In this document: positions 34,751 through 43,656 of the stretch, one piece after another
How positions within the stretch are numbered: the first letter of the stretch is position 1
Layout of the letters: the number at the start of each line of letters is the position of its first letter
DNA from: Candidatus Bathyarchaeum sp.
GTDB taxonomy: Archaea > Thermoproteota > Bathyarchaeia > Bathyarchaeales > Bathyarchaeaceae
DNA: 64,000 nucleotides
Assembly: GCA_026014565.1 (NCBI GenBank)
Contig: JAOZIB010000018.1
Coordinates: forward strand, 64,444-128,443
Direction: 5' to 3'
Notes under the pieces: model-generated
Seen by the model: the letters and a program-made list of their open reading frames with translations, nothing else
Database searches by the model: none
Told to the model about the DNA's origin: nothing
Made by a program: the position numbers and the translations under genes

Positions 34751-36952
34751 CTACAGTCCAGTTCGGTATCGGTTTGCGAGTTCTTCGCGTTTGCCTTTGT
34801 TCCATCCGCTGACTGCTTGATAGTATCCAGTTACTCGTGACCACCATTCCACAGAGTTAGAATTGCAGTTAGGACAGGTGTCACGCATTGGGGAGGTGAC
34901 TTTTCCACAGTTACCACAGACAGTGAGGTCTTTGGTGTAGGCAAAGTATCCAATGTTGCTTTGAGTGGTGATTCGTTTTGTCATACTGTATAGGGCTTCG
35001 GGGTCGGGGTCGGCGTCGCCAAGCCAAACATGGAGCATGTTTCCACCGTTGAGCAGTGGGAAGAACTTTTGCTCAATGTTTATTCTGTCAAACAAGCCCA
35101 TCCGTGCGCCGACATCAACATGGGTTCCATTAGTGTAGTAGACAGGAACGTCTTTCTTGTGGTTATTTAGCAAGAATCTTGCTTGTCCCACATCACCTTT
35201 GACCAGTTTTTCAGCATTACCTCGATATTTGTCAGTGATTAGGTCAGATATGGCAAAGCGTTGGGCAGTAGATTCTGCAGGAGTACGCGCCAAGGCAATC
35301 TTGTAGCCACTTTGTTCTTCAAGGATTTTCTTGTATTTTTGCATCTCCAGAATCAATTTGATGAGAATCTTGACGCCTTCTGTGTTCTCATGAAGTTGGT
35401 AACCAGTATGATACTGAGCCATCTCGTTACCACCCACAAGACCAATAGTAAACGTTAGGGCATCAAAGTCAACTGCAGTTGTGCCTTTTTCTCCGGTTCT
35501 TGGATCGAGCGGTCGTTGAGTAGCGAAAGGTATACGGTGGTTCTTAACGGCAAGGTCCATCCATTTCTTCTTCGCTTTGAAAACGTCCAGAGCAGAATCC
35601 ATTAATCTGCGGGCTTCTTCAAAGAGAACTTCGTCCTCTCCGTTTGCTTTGTAGGCCATTCGTGGAAGGTTCAAGCTGGATACTTGCCAGCTGCCCATGG
35701 TGAAGTGTTTTCCGCCCTCAAAGTTGAGTTTCTCGTAAAAGTCTTGGCTATCTTCGGGGGTTTCAACGAAACAGTAAGCACAGCACTGGTAACAGGAAAC
35801 TCCCTTACCATAACCACGATAATCAGGCATCAGGTTATCAAAGTAAGGCAAACCAAATTTGCCAACAACCTTGTGAACATCCAGCCAAACATCGTCGTAT
35901 TCGGGCTTGAAGAACTCTGGACTCAGTGAGTTTTCTAGTTTAGGAAAGTTGAAAGGCTTGCCCCAGTAGTCACCTTTGCCTGCAACATCGTAGAGGGCAC
36001 GGAACATCATGCGGACTTCGTCTTCGTAGTTGCCGTAAACGTCGGGTCCGACGTGTCCATTCTTTACGATGGGAACGTTCTTCCACAGGTCAGGAACACC
36101 CGGTTGGACCTGAATGTTACTGAAAACTAGTTGACCGCCCCTAGCAACGTATGCCTGGGTGTATTCAAAGAACATCATCTGCATGAGTTGGCGGGTTCGT
36201 TCGTAGCTTAGTCCTCGGAAGTAAGGAGCCAAGAATATAAGGAAGTTGTAGAAGCCTTCTCCGCCTGCAAAGTTTGTTTGGGCAGAAGCCAAAATTTTTG
36301 CAGTATGCAAGATTGCAACTTCAGGGTGCTTTGCAGGTCCGGCGATACTTGTTCTTGTTCCTAGACCGTCGGGCATTAAGCCATAGTAGAAGAAGTAACG
36401 AAGGTCCCAGTCTTGACAGAAAGGTCGGGTACCAAAGTATTCCAAGTCGTGAATGTGTAAATCACCTGATAGGTGGGCGTCAGCAATATGGGGAGGCATC
36501 AATAGAAGGTATTCTTCGCCGGAGACCCAGTCTGCTTTTCGTTTGTGGGCAGTTTCTGGGTTAGGTTGAAGGTTTGCGTTTTCTTTTGCTTTGAAGCCTT
36601 GTCCCATGTCCATCAAATAGGCGTTATAAACGGGGGCACCAACTCGGGTCAAGATGTTTCGGTAAAGTGCAAACTGGGGTTTTTCTGAAACCTTGGATAA
36701 CAAAACATTGTTTACTAGTTCTCGAATCAAAGGACCGCTAATGAACTTGAGATTCAAATCAAAAACTTTGGTTTCAACCTCAGCGGCAACTAGTTCTGCG
36801 TCCTTTTGGCTGATTGCTGACATGTCGTAGAATTCTTCTGCCAGTTTAGTTTCAGTCATTAACTGTTCGACGATTTTTTGTTTGCTCCAAGGAACAATAA
36901 AGCCGTCTGTTCCTCTGACCATTGGTCTAACGTTGTGTAACATTTCAGTCAT
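34751..36952 (-). CDS. nrdD: Anaerobic ribonucleoside-triphosphate reductase (class III)
   Basis: 733 aa. N-terminal ATP-cone-like region, a C-terminal Zn ribbon CGNCG...CPNC, and the glycyl-radical motif SRVTGYYQAVSGWNKGKREE. Confidence 0.9.
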   Translation of the reverse strand: MTEMLHNVRPMVRGTDGFIVPWSKQKIVEQLMTETKLAEEFYDMSAISQKDAELVAAEVETKVFDLNLKFISGPLIRELVNNVLLSKVSEKPQFALYRNILTRVGAPVYNAYLMDMGQGFKAKENANLQPNPETAHKRKADWVSGEEYLLLMPPHIADAHLSGDLHIHDLEYFGTRPFCQDWDLRYFFYYGLMPDGLGTRTSIAGPAKHPEVAILHTAKILASAQTNFAGGEGFYNFLIFLAPYFRGLSYERTRQLMQMMFFEYTQAYVARGGQLVFSNIQVQPGVPDLWKNVPIVKNGHVGPDVYGNYEDEVRMMFRALYDVAGKGDYWGKPFNFPKLENSLSPEFFKPEYDDVWLDVHKVVGKFGLPYFDNLMPDYRGYGKGVSCYQCCAYCFVETPEDSQDFYEKLNFEGGKHFTMGSWQVSSLNLPRMAYKANGEDEVLFEEARRLMDSALDVFKAKKKWMDLAVKNHRIPFATQRPLDPRTGEKGTTAVDFDALTFTIGLVGGNEMAQYHTGYQLHENTEGVKILIKLILEMQKYKKILEEQSGYKIALARTPAESTAQRFAISDLITDKYRGNAEKLVKGDVGQARFLLNNHKKDVPVYYTNGTHVDVGARMGLFDRINIEQKFFPLLNGGNMLHVWLGDADPDPEALYSMTKRITTQSNIGYFAYTKDLTVCGNCGKVTSPMRDTCPNCNSNSVEWWSRVTGYYQAVSGWNKGKREELANRYRTGL

Positions 36953-37258
36953 TCACATTCCCTCAAATATTTTTGAAATATCAGATTTGATTACGCCATT
37001 ATTTTCGAATATTTGGCTATCTGTAAATACGTCTCCATTAACTTCCAGAGCGGGCGCGGACATTACGACAAAATTTCGCATAACTAGGTCGGTCATTACG
37101 TCTGAGTCTTCTAGGTTTTTTTCTTCAAAATTCGTGTTTTTATTTTTTAACCATTTTTTCAGCATGTCACATCGAGGGCATCCACTGGTTGTGTAAACCA
37201 CTACGCCGTTTGTGGGTGGATGCGCAGGAGGACTGCTAAGTTCGTTTGTAAAGCCCAT
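36953..37258 (-). CDS. Glutaredoxin/NrdH-like thiol-disulfide protein
   Basis: VVVYTTSGCPRCDMLKKWL is a CPxC thioredoxin-fold motif. Its stop abuts the nrdD start. Confidence 0.75.
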   Translation of the reverse strand: MGFTNELSSPPAHPPTNGVVVYTTSGCPRCDMLKKWLKNKNTNFEEKNLEDSDVMTDLVMRNFVVMSAPALEVNGDVFTDSQIFENNGVIKSDISKIFEGM

Positions 37259-37420
37259 GAAAAATTACCTCTTTAGATGTTTTTACTTGTGAGATAAAAG
37301 AGTTAGGGCTGACAAAGTATATTTAATTTTTTAGTGTTAATGGTATAAAATTTTGTATAAGCATCCAACTAAATTAACACTTAGGTACTATTTCAGCCCA
37401 AACTAGAACATAAAATATTG

Positions 37421-37433
37421 ACAGGGTTTTGCT
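37421..37433. promoter_or_regulatory. Copy 1 of a repeated ACAGGGTTTT(T)GCT motif in the nrdH-nrdD upstream region
   Basis: acagggttttgct; a second copy acagggtttttgct lies at 37519-37532. Confidence 0.3.
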
Positions 37434-37518
37434 GTAGAATTATTTTCTATTTTATATAGGGGTCTAGCCAAAACAGCAATCCAACATAAAATAAAGAGAA
37501 TAAACCCAGAAAAATAGA

Positions 37519-37532
37519 ACAGGGTTTTTGCT
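37519..37532. promoter_or_regulatory. Copy 2 of the ACAGGGTTTT(T)GCT motif, overlapping the stop codon of the NrdD-like gene
   Basis: acagggtttttgct; a one-base T insertion relative to copy 1. Confidence 0.3.
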
Positions 37533-39753
37533 ACACGCGACTGAAGGATTGAAGCATGTTAACAGAGCCACATGAAGGACATTTTTCTAGTTTTCCGTAG
37601 AAAATCTGGCGACAAACTGCACAGTATGCTATGTTACGGTTGAAAACATGTAACCCAACTTTTGAGGAACCAACGATGTCACGGGTTACAGCCAGTAAAT
37701 CGTCAGATTTTTGGGGCTCATCCGCAAGGGGGATAACGGCTAAGTGTCCGCCTGGAGTTAAGCTGTGGAATTGTTCTTCTACTTTGATTCTTTCTTTCCA
37801 AAAAGTAGGAACGTCCAAAGGCAACGCCACCAAATCGGTATAGAAGGGCTTTTCTTTGGTTCCTTTTGTGTGAACAGTTCCCCAACCATATTTTTCTGCA
37901 TCCAGTGATGCTAACCGCTTTGCAGCATAACCAGCAGGCACCATTGCCAAGGCAACTCGTGTTTCCGGCTTTTTGGAGTGTTTTTCTACGTCTTCAGAAA
38001 GATATGTTACAATCTGTTTAGCAAAATCCAAGGTTTCTCCTTCTTGTTTAAGGGGCTTATCAAAAAAGGCTTGAATAGTTTCATTTAAACCCACAAAACT
38101 GACTAACCGAGCGGCATTTTCAATTCTGAAATACTGGTCACCTTCAGTTTTTTGCATCAAAAAGGGTAACATATGTTCCCGTTCCCGCTGCTTTATTGTC
38201 TGATACTTCATTTCCAAAGCTTGCAACGCAAGCTCAAGTTGGTCATCTAGTAATTTGAAAAAGGCTTTTTCCTTACCTTTTGCTTCATACATGATCCGCG
38301 GCAAATTGATTATGACGCTGTCGATGCTTCCTGTTTGCAGGGTGTCTAGTTCCCAATCTTCTCGCCAATTTGCGGCAAGCCTAAAACTTGAGGATGTGTA
38401 TGAGGCACATATTTGTTCAGGATAACATAGATTAGCAAAATATGGCAGGCCGTTTTCTGCAAGTTTGTGGGCATCATAAAGTAAGGGGGTACACTCAGCA
38501 TTTCTAAGAACTTCAGGGCGTATTTTGATTATCAGGCGCGGGTTTAAAACGGGTTTGTAGGCGTCATCGTGAAGGAAAACTTCAAAAATAAGGGAGGCTA
38601 AGCGTCTTGCTTCTTCTGCAAAGTCTGCGTAACATCCAACTGTTTTGCCTTCGGGTCCGATGGCGTCTTTATCTTCTAGAAATTGTGGAATCGAGAGTTC
38701 TATGCCTAACGAGGCCCCAATTGAGCTACCGTTTAAAAGGGGTTGATTAAGGTTAGAAATGAAAAGGCGCAAACCTTCCCGTATTCGCTCTTCTGAAAGG
38801 TTTTGAGTAAAAGGCGCCAAGAAAATGTTAAAGAAATCAAGGGATTGTTCGCCTGAGGCTTCTGTAGAAGCAATTTTTAGAATGTTAGAAGCGGTAAGCA
38901 AAGCAGCTTCAAGACTTTTTGGAGGAAGATATGTGGGTTGATTAAGGTTTGTTGCACCATGGTTAAGTCCATTCTGGAAAAAGAATCGCAAATCGTGCAT
39001 GAACTGATCAGGTTTTAAAACCCAAGTTCCCAAATTTTTAAGATGCAACCCCCCAGACAAATGAGCGTCTGCAACTTCTCGGGGCAAAACGTTCAGTAAT
39101 GTGTATTCTTCCATTACTGCGTCTGCTGCGGCTTTGTGGATGGCTTCAACGCTTTGTTTGGTGGTGCTGGTTGATTCGATAAGTTGATTAACGTCAAAAA
39201 CAGGCAGTCCAAGCCGGGTGAGTTTGTGGCGGTATTCTTCTAAGCCTTTTTCCACCAAAATGGCGTTGACCATTTCTCGGATTAGGGGCGCGGTTAAGTA
39301 TTTTGTTTTAAATTCTAACAGCCGTTTTTCTGTTTCTCGAGCAATTTTTTGGGCCTGAAAAACCGGAACGTTTGCCTCTTTTACAAGGGCATCAGCGATT
39401 TTGTTTCGGTCAAATTCTTCCATGGCGAGACGGGAAGTTCGTACTAGAATTTTTTTTCGTTGTAGAAACTGTTGTTGGATGTCTTCGGTGAATTGTATCA
39501 TGGTTTTGCCTAGTTCGGTGAGTCGGTATTCTTTGTTGTCTACATCGGGTTCTATTAGGTCTGCATTCAGCAGGTACTTAAGGTGGTATGCGAATCTGCC
39601 AGCATCTCTGCTGGGATTGAGTTTTAGTACCTTCATTAGATCAGTGTAAGATTGTGGACCTTTGTTTACTAAAGTCATCAGCAGTTGCATACGCAAAGAA
39701 GAAGAAGCCGCCTTCAGAACTTTCAAACCCGATTTTCGCCGACGTTTAGGCAT
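37531..39753 (-). CDS. wHTH + ATP-cone + NrdD-like protein lacking the glycyl-radical C-terminus
   Basis: 740 aa. N-terminal ArsR-like wHTH (RFAYHLKYLLNADLIEP...YRLTELG), then an ATP-cone (KILVRTSRLAMEEFDRNKIADAL...). The body is colinear with the adjacent NrdD (ADAHLSGGLHLKNL, NIFLAPF, INLPRIMYEA, Zn ribbon CAVC...CPSC). It terminates at ...SFSRV*. Confidence 0.8.
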   Translation of the reverse strand: MPKRRRKSGLKVLKAASSSLRMQLLMTLVNKGPQSYTDLMKVLKLNPSRDAGRFAYHLKYLLNADLIEPDVDNKEYRLTELGKTMIQFTEDIQQQFLQRKKILVRTSRLAMEEFDRNKIADALVKEANVPVFQAQKIARETEKRLLEFKTKYLTAPLIREMVNAILVEKGLEEYRHKLTRLGLPVFDVNQLIESTSTTKQSVEAIHKAAADAVMEEYTLLNVLPREVADAHLSGGLHLKNLGTWVLKPDQFMHDLRFFFQNGLNHGATNLNQPTYLPPKSLEAALLTASNILKIASTEASGEQSLDFFNIFLAPFTQNLSEERIREGLRLFISNLNQPLLNGSSIGASLGIELSIPQFLEDKDAIGPEGKTVGCYADFAEEARRLASLIFEVFLHDDAYKPVLNPRLIIKIRPEVLRNAECTPLLYDAHKLAENGLPYFANLCYPEQICASYTSSSFRLAANWREDWELDTLQTGSIDSVIINLPRIMYEAKGKEKAFFKLLDDQLELALQALEMKYQTIKQREREHMLPFLMQKTEGDQYFRIENAARLVSFVGLNETIQAFFDKPLKQEGETLDFAKQIVTYLSEDVEKHSKKPETRVALAMVPAGYAAKRLASLDAEKYGWGTVHTKGTKEKPFYTDLVALPLDVPTFWKERIKVEEQFHSLTPGGHLAVIPLADEPQKSDDLLAVTRDIVGSSKVGLHVFNRNIAYCAVCRQIFYGKLEKCPSCGSVNMLQSFSRV

Positions 39754-40148
39754 TCAATTTCACCAGTATAGAGTGTTACAACAATCTAGTTTAAAAAATT
39801 AGAGTATAATCCAACAATTTGTAACAGAAAAATCCGACAAAAATGTGTGTTCTGAGTCCAGAACAGCAAAAAATAAACAAATTTGAGTTAGTCAAGAAAG
39901 TTTGACTAAAAACAAGCAGATTATGCTGTTAGTTTGTCAAGAAATCTTGAGAAATAGGCTTTTATCAACAAATAAGCTCAAAATAATACACGCAGGGGAA
40001 CATGCATGCATAATGCTACAAGAAAAATCTGCAGTTTAGGGAGTTTGTCTCTTGTAGCTACCCTGCTTTTTTTCACAATACTAAATGAAAGCAACGTGCC
40101 TTCACCAAAAATCACAGAAAACCCATACAAACACATAAGTCAGAGAAA

Positions 40149-40763
40149 GTGAAACCAATGCATGCTAAAGTAACAAGCTTTGTTTTTACGCTTATTATCC
40201 TAGCGACAGTTGCAAGCCAAACAGTTAATGCTCAATATACTGCGGATGGAAGAGGCTTTCCCCTTGTTTCGCCGATTAACGTTGTTTCTCCAGCTAACAT
40301 TACTTACAGTTCAGGTAAGTTAGAGTTGGTTGTAAATTTTCTGTTTTTGTTGAATTCTGACTACGCTAACTTAACCTACAGCATAGATGGCCAAAATAAC
40401 GAAACAATTCCATTAACCGGAACCCAAACCCCCAGAGAAGTAACCAGAACCTATGAGAATGGGACAACTGTTCTAGTAAATTCAACACTTATGGTTCCCT
40501 TTGAAATTGATGGGGTTGTGTCGTTGCCCGAGCTAGAGGAAGGCTCACACAACATAACTGTTTACGGAAAATATGTTGCAAATAATGATGTGGGACTGGA
40601 CCAAAAAACAGTTTATTTCACCATAAACAACAGTAACACCAGTTTAAATCAAAACGTAGAACAAATCGCAGATTTCCCAGAATGGATGCCACTACTTCTG
40701 GTTGTGTTCATAGTTATTGTGCTGATAATAATTTACAGGTACATCCTAAACAAGCTAGATTAG
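40149..40763 (+). CDS. Secreted, C-terminally anchored surface protein with many N-glycosylation sequons
   Basis: Signal peptide (FVFTLIILATVASQTVNA), several N-x-S/T sequons, and a C-terminal PEW + TM (MPLLLVVFIVIVLIIIY) + basic tail. Confidence 0.5.
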   Translation: MKPMHAKVTSFVFTLIILATVASQTVNAQYTADGRGFPLVSPINVVSPANITYSSGKLELVVNFLFLLNSDYANLTYSIDGQNNETIPLTGTQTPREVTRTYENGTTVLVNSTLMVPFEIDGVVSLPELEEGSHNITVYGKYVANNDVGLDQKTVYFTINNSNTSLNQNVEQIADFPEWMPLLLVVFIVIVLIIIYRYILNKLD

Positions 40764-40775
40764 GAGAACGAATTA

Positions 40776-40922
40776 GTGAAAAAATTTGCATCATTGTTTA
40801 TTTTGATGTTTTATGTTGCAGTTGTTTCTGTTTCTTTTCAGCAGATTAGACCCATGAAAGCGGATGATTACATTTACATCAGAGAAAATGGAAGCAGTGA
40901 AGGAACAAAACCTAGTTGCTAG
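40776..40922 (+). pseudogene. Possible truncated N-terminus of a surface (beta-helix type) protein
   Basis: AGGAGA RBS, GTG start, a signal peptide, then ADDYIYIRENGSSEG. That sequence resembles the conserved start of archaeal NosD-like surface proteins. The frame stops after 48 aa, where the convergent UPF0280 gene ends. Confidence 0.25.
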
Positions 40923-41628
40923 GGGGGGTGAGTTTTATTATGTCGGGGACTTGGCCACCTTTTCCCACAATTTCACGATACAAAATGAAAACACCGTGAA
41001 CACCCTCAATGCTCAAAGCTACGTTTACGCCTTTTTTGATGGTGGATTCTACGTCATCTCCAGATATCAGGTTTGCAACAGCAGTAGCAGCTGCATCTGC
41101 CAATCCGGCATTAACAGCAAAAACGGTTACTGCATCAGCGTCGCCAAAACTGAAAGCATGACTGAACTTGCCCGAACTGGTTGCCACCCCCACGGGGAAC
41201 TGTTTGAGTCTAAAGCCCATTTCTTTAGAAAGGGGTTCGTGTCCTGCTGCAAAACCCACATCAATTAGCTGGTTTGACACTGCGTAGGCTTCGCCGCCAT
41301 CTTCTACTACAGCGACTTTGCATCCACAATCAACCATATCCTTTACTGCTAAATCAGCAATAACTCCTGCAACCGCAGCCATTGGTCCCACTTTGGCTTT
41401 TTCTGCGGCTTGTGCCATTAAAAGGACAACTTCAGGACATTCTGTTACAGGGACAGGAGCAAGAGAAAAAAGAAAACGGGAATTTTTTTTGATGTAATCT
41501 TCAAGCAACTGCAGATTACGTTTGATTGAAGTTTTTGCGATTTCGATTCCGGCTTTTTTGTCTGAAACTATTGTGCAGTCTGATTCTTTGTAGCGAAAAG
41601 CCTGTTTGAAGAGTTTTTTATTTGTCAT
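40912..41628 (-). CDS. UPF0280 / COG2122 (ApbE-like) protein associated with sulfide-dependent Cys/Hcy biosynthesis
   Basis: 238 aa. KVGPMAAVAGVIADLAVKDMV...VVEDGGE matches the family signature. Overlaps the upstream NIL-ferredoxin gene by 4 nt. Confidence 0.7.
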   Translation of the reverse strand: MTNKKLFKQAFRYKESDCTIVSDKKAGIEIAKTSIKRNLQLLEDYIKKNSRFLFSLAPVPVTECPEVVLLMAQAAEKAKVGPMAAVAGVIADLAVKDMVDCGCKVAVVEDGGEAYAVSNQLIDVGFAAGHEPLSKEMGFRLKQFPVGVATSSGKFSHAFSFGDADAVTVFAVNAGLADAAATAVANLISGDDVESTIKKGVNVALSIEGVHGVFILYREIVGKGGQVPDIIKLTPPSN

Positions 41629-42038
41629 TTTTTGGTGTTTCGGTGCTGTTCAACTAAAGTAATGGCTCGGGCGGGACATGCATCTACACACAAGCCACAG
41701 GGGTTGCCGATGCAGGTTTTTTCGTTGAACACTACTGAATAGTCTTTGTCGTAAGAGATGGCATCTACAGGGCACAGCGCGTAGCATGCGCCGCAGTCAA
41801 TGCATTTGTCAGAGTCCACTTCGATTAGTTTGGGAAACTTTACAATCACACCTTTGTCTTGAAAGGCTTTGACGATCTTTTGAACGTGGACCTTTGGGAC
41901 TTCTATGAGTATGTCGCCGCCGGAAGAGTTCACGGTAGCGGTTACGATTCTCATGGGAATTCCAAGGTCCAAGATTACCTGGGAAGTTATTGGGTCTTCA
42001 ACGTTTTCTTCTGAAAATCTTAACAAGATTCGATCCAT
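41625..42038 (-). CDS. NIL domain + 2x[4Fe-4S] ferredoxin protein (MA1822-like)
   Basis: N-terminal NIL-like domain, then CIDCGACYALCP and CGLCVDACP clusters. Confidence 0.8.
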   Translation of the reverse strand: MDRILLRFSEENVEDPITSQVILDLGIPMRIVTATVNSSGGDILIEVPKVHVQKIVKAFQDKGVIVKFPKLIEVDSDKCIDCGACYALCPVDAISYDKDYSVVFNEKTCIGNPCGLCVDACPARAITLVEQHRNTKK

Positions 42039-42044
42039 TTTGTT

Positions 42045-43553
42045 TCACCTTCCTCTTAGTTTTGCAATGTCTTCTGTTGATATCAATCCCACAACCTTGT
42101 TTTGGCGATCCAAAACAGGCAACGCACTGATATGATGCTGCGCCATGGTTCTGGAAGCAGCTTCCACGGTTTCTTCAAGGGTTGTTGTGTATACTTTTTT
42201 GGTGATGACTTCTTCTAGCTTTGTTTTGCCTTCCGCAACAGCACGAGTCAAGTCCCAAGAAGTTACAATTCCTTGGATTTCGTTGGTTTTATCCACCACA
42301 ACCACATGGTTAACTGATTTGCTGATTATTCTCTGGGCAACTGTTGTGATGTCTTCCTTTACTGTGCAGGTAACGGCGTCGTGGGTTACATTGCTGACAA
42401 AGGCCACTTGACTGGTTTGGTGCATTGGATTGCAAACTGAACCAGTAGGCAAGGTTTCAACAGGTACCGACAAGTAAAACTCACCATTTTCTATCCATGT
42501 TTTCAGGGTTTGAGCGATTTTTCTCGCGGTTTTTAGGCTGGATAGGCTACTGACTTTGACTTTGCGGTCATTTATTGTTACGTGACCAGATTTCAAGGCA
42601 GCATAACTGACCTGTCCAAGTTTGGGTCGTCCTCGGCGGGGAACTCCGTAGTCGACTATGTCGGTTAGTATTTCGTCATCACGCAGTGCAGTCTTTTTGG
42701 CTAAGCCTTCGTTAAGGATGGGGATTGGAATTCCCATACCCACATACATGCTGGTGCCATACTCGGTAAAGGCGCCTCCGCGGATGAATTCGGGGCTCAT
42801 TTGTTTGCAGTCTCCGCGAACCATCAAGGTGCCAAACCTGTTTGTGGGGTCGTGCTGGGTGCCTTCTCCAATAACGTAACCTTGTCCGCCACCAAGGAAT
42901 ATTCTTGTGCCGATTCCGATGGTTTCGTAGTCGGGGTCGTTCATTAAGGGGTTGAGACATCCTGCACCTGAGTAGGTTGCGTTTCTATGTTTGGGCAACA
43001 GTTTACCCATGTAAGTGTAAATTATCTCGTCCCGACTGTTAGTGGCGCAGACGTATCGTTGGTAGCAGTTGCGGAAATTCAGCAAATAGAACTGGTTTAG
43101 GTCGTCTTTAGTTATGGTTGTATCCAGTTTAGTTCGGGGATAGCAATCTGTTCCGTATGAAGTGGCTCGGACTTCAATTTCTCTGCCTGCTATTAGGTCT
43201 TCTATTACATGTCCGCCTCCGTACTCAAAGGAGTTGGTTTCGGACATTTGAGTAGCGCCAATGAATAGGTCAACAGCGGCGCCTGTGTGGCTGACTTCAA
43301 CGTCGTTTAGCCAAGCGCGCTGAATTTTTATGGGTGGGTCTGCGTGCCCAAGATTTATTACTGCTCCTGAAGAACACATCGCGCCGAAAGTTCCAGTTGT
43401 GACTACGTCTACTTCTTTGTAGGCGACTTCTATGCCGCTACTTTCCACGAGTTTCTTCATTTCTTCTGCGGTCAGGACCTGAACGTCGCCAGATTTGATT
43501 TTCTGGTTGATTTCAGCAATTGACCGTCCGTTTTGTTTTTGTTTGGATGACAT
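42045..43553 (-). CDS. Homocysteine biosynthesis protein, COG1900 (DUF39) domain + two CBS domains (MA1821-like)
   Basis: COG1900-type core followed by the C-terminal CBS pair (VNHVVVVDKTNEIQGIVTSWD; ISALPVLDRQNKVVGLISTED). ATG at 43553 (MSSKQKQNG) is preferred. Confidence 0.8.
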   Translation of the reverse strand: MSSKQKQNGRSIAEINQKIKSGDVQVLTAEEMKKLVESSGIEVAYKEVDVVTTGTFGAMCSSGAVINLGHADPPIKIQRAWLNDVEVSHTGAAVDLFIGATQMSETNSFEYGGGHVIEDLIAGREIEVRATSYGTDCYPRTKLDTTITKDDLNQFYLLNFRNCYQRYVCATNSRDEIIYTYMGKLLPKHRNATYSGAGCLNPLMNDPDYETIGIGTRIFLGGGQGYVIGEGTQHDPTNRFGTLMVRGDCKQMSPEFIRGGAFTEYGTSMYVGMGIPIPILNEGLAKKTALRDDEILTDIVDYGVPRRGRPKLGQVSYAALKSGHVTINDRKVKVSSLSSLKTARKIAQTLKTWIENGEFYLSVPVETLPTGSVCNPMHQTSQVAFVSNVTHDAVTCTVKEDITTVAQRIISKSVNHVVVVDKTNEIQGIVTSWDLTRAVAEGKTKLEEVITKKVYTTTLEETVEAASRTMAQHHISALPVLDRQNKVVGLISTEDIAKLRGR

Positions 43554-43656
43554 TTTTTTCAGTCTCCTACCCTGTCGCAGGGTTGATGAACATAGCAACG
43601 TCATTACTATTTTAATATTTTACTGAAAAAAATATTCCAAAAAGAATATTAGAGGG

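Noticed and set aside
37440-37533. Possibility that the NrdD-like gene continues past TAG (Pyl-type read-through or frameshift) to encode the glycyl-radical domain.
   Set aside because: Read-through gives QKPCSIFLGLFSLFYVGLLFWLDPYIK*. Neither that nor the other two frames contains an RVxGY-like motif or the WNxGK segment.
40864-41268. 134-aa plus-strand ORF.
   Set aside because: It is antisense to the well-supported UPF0280/COG2122 gene (GPMAAVAG signature) and is a shadow ORF.
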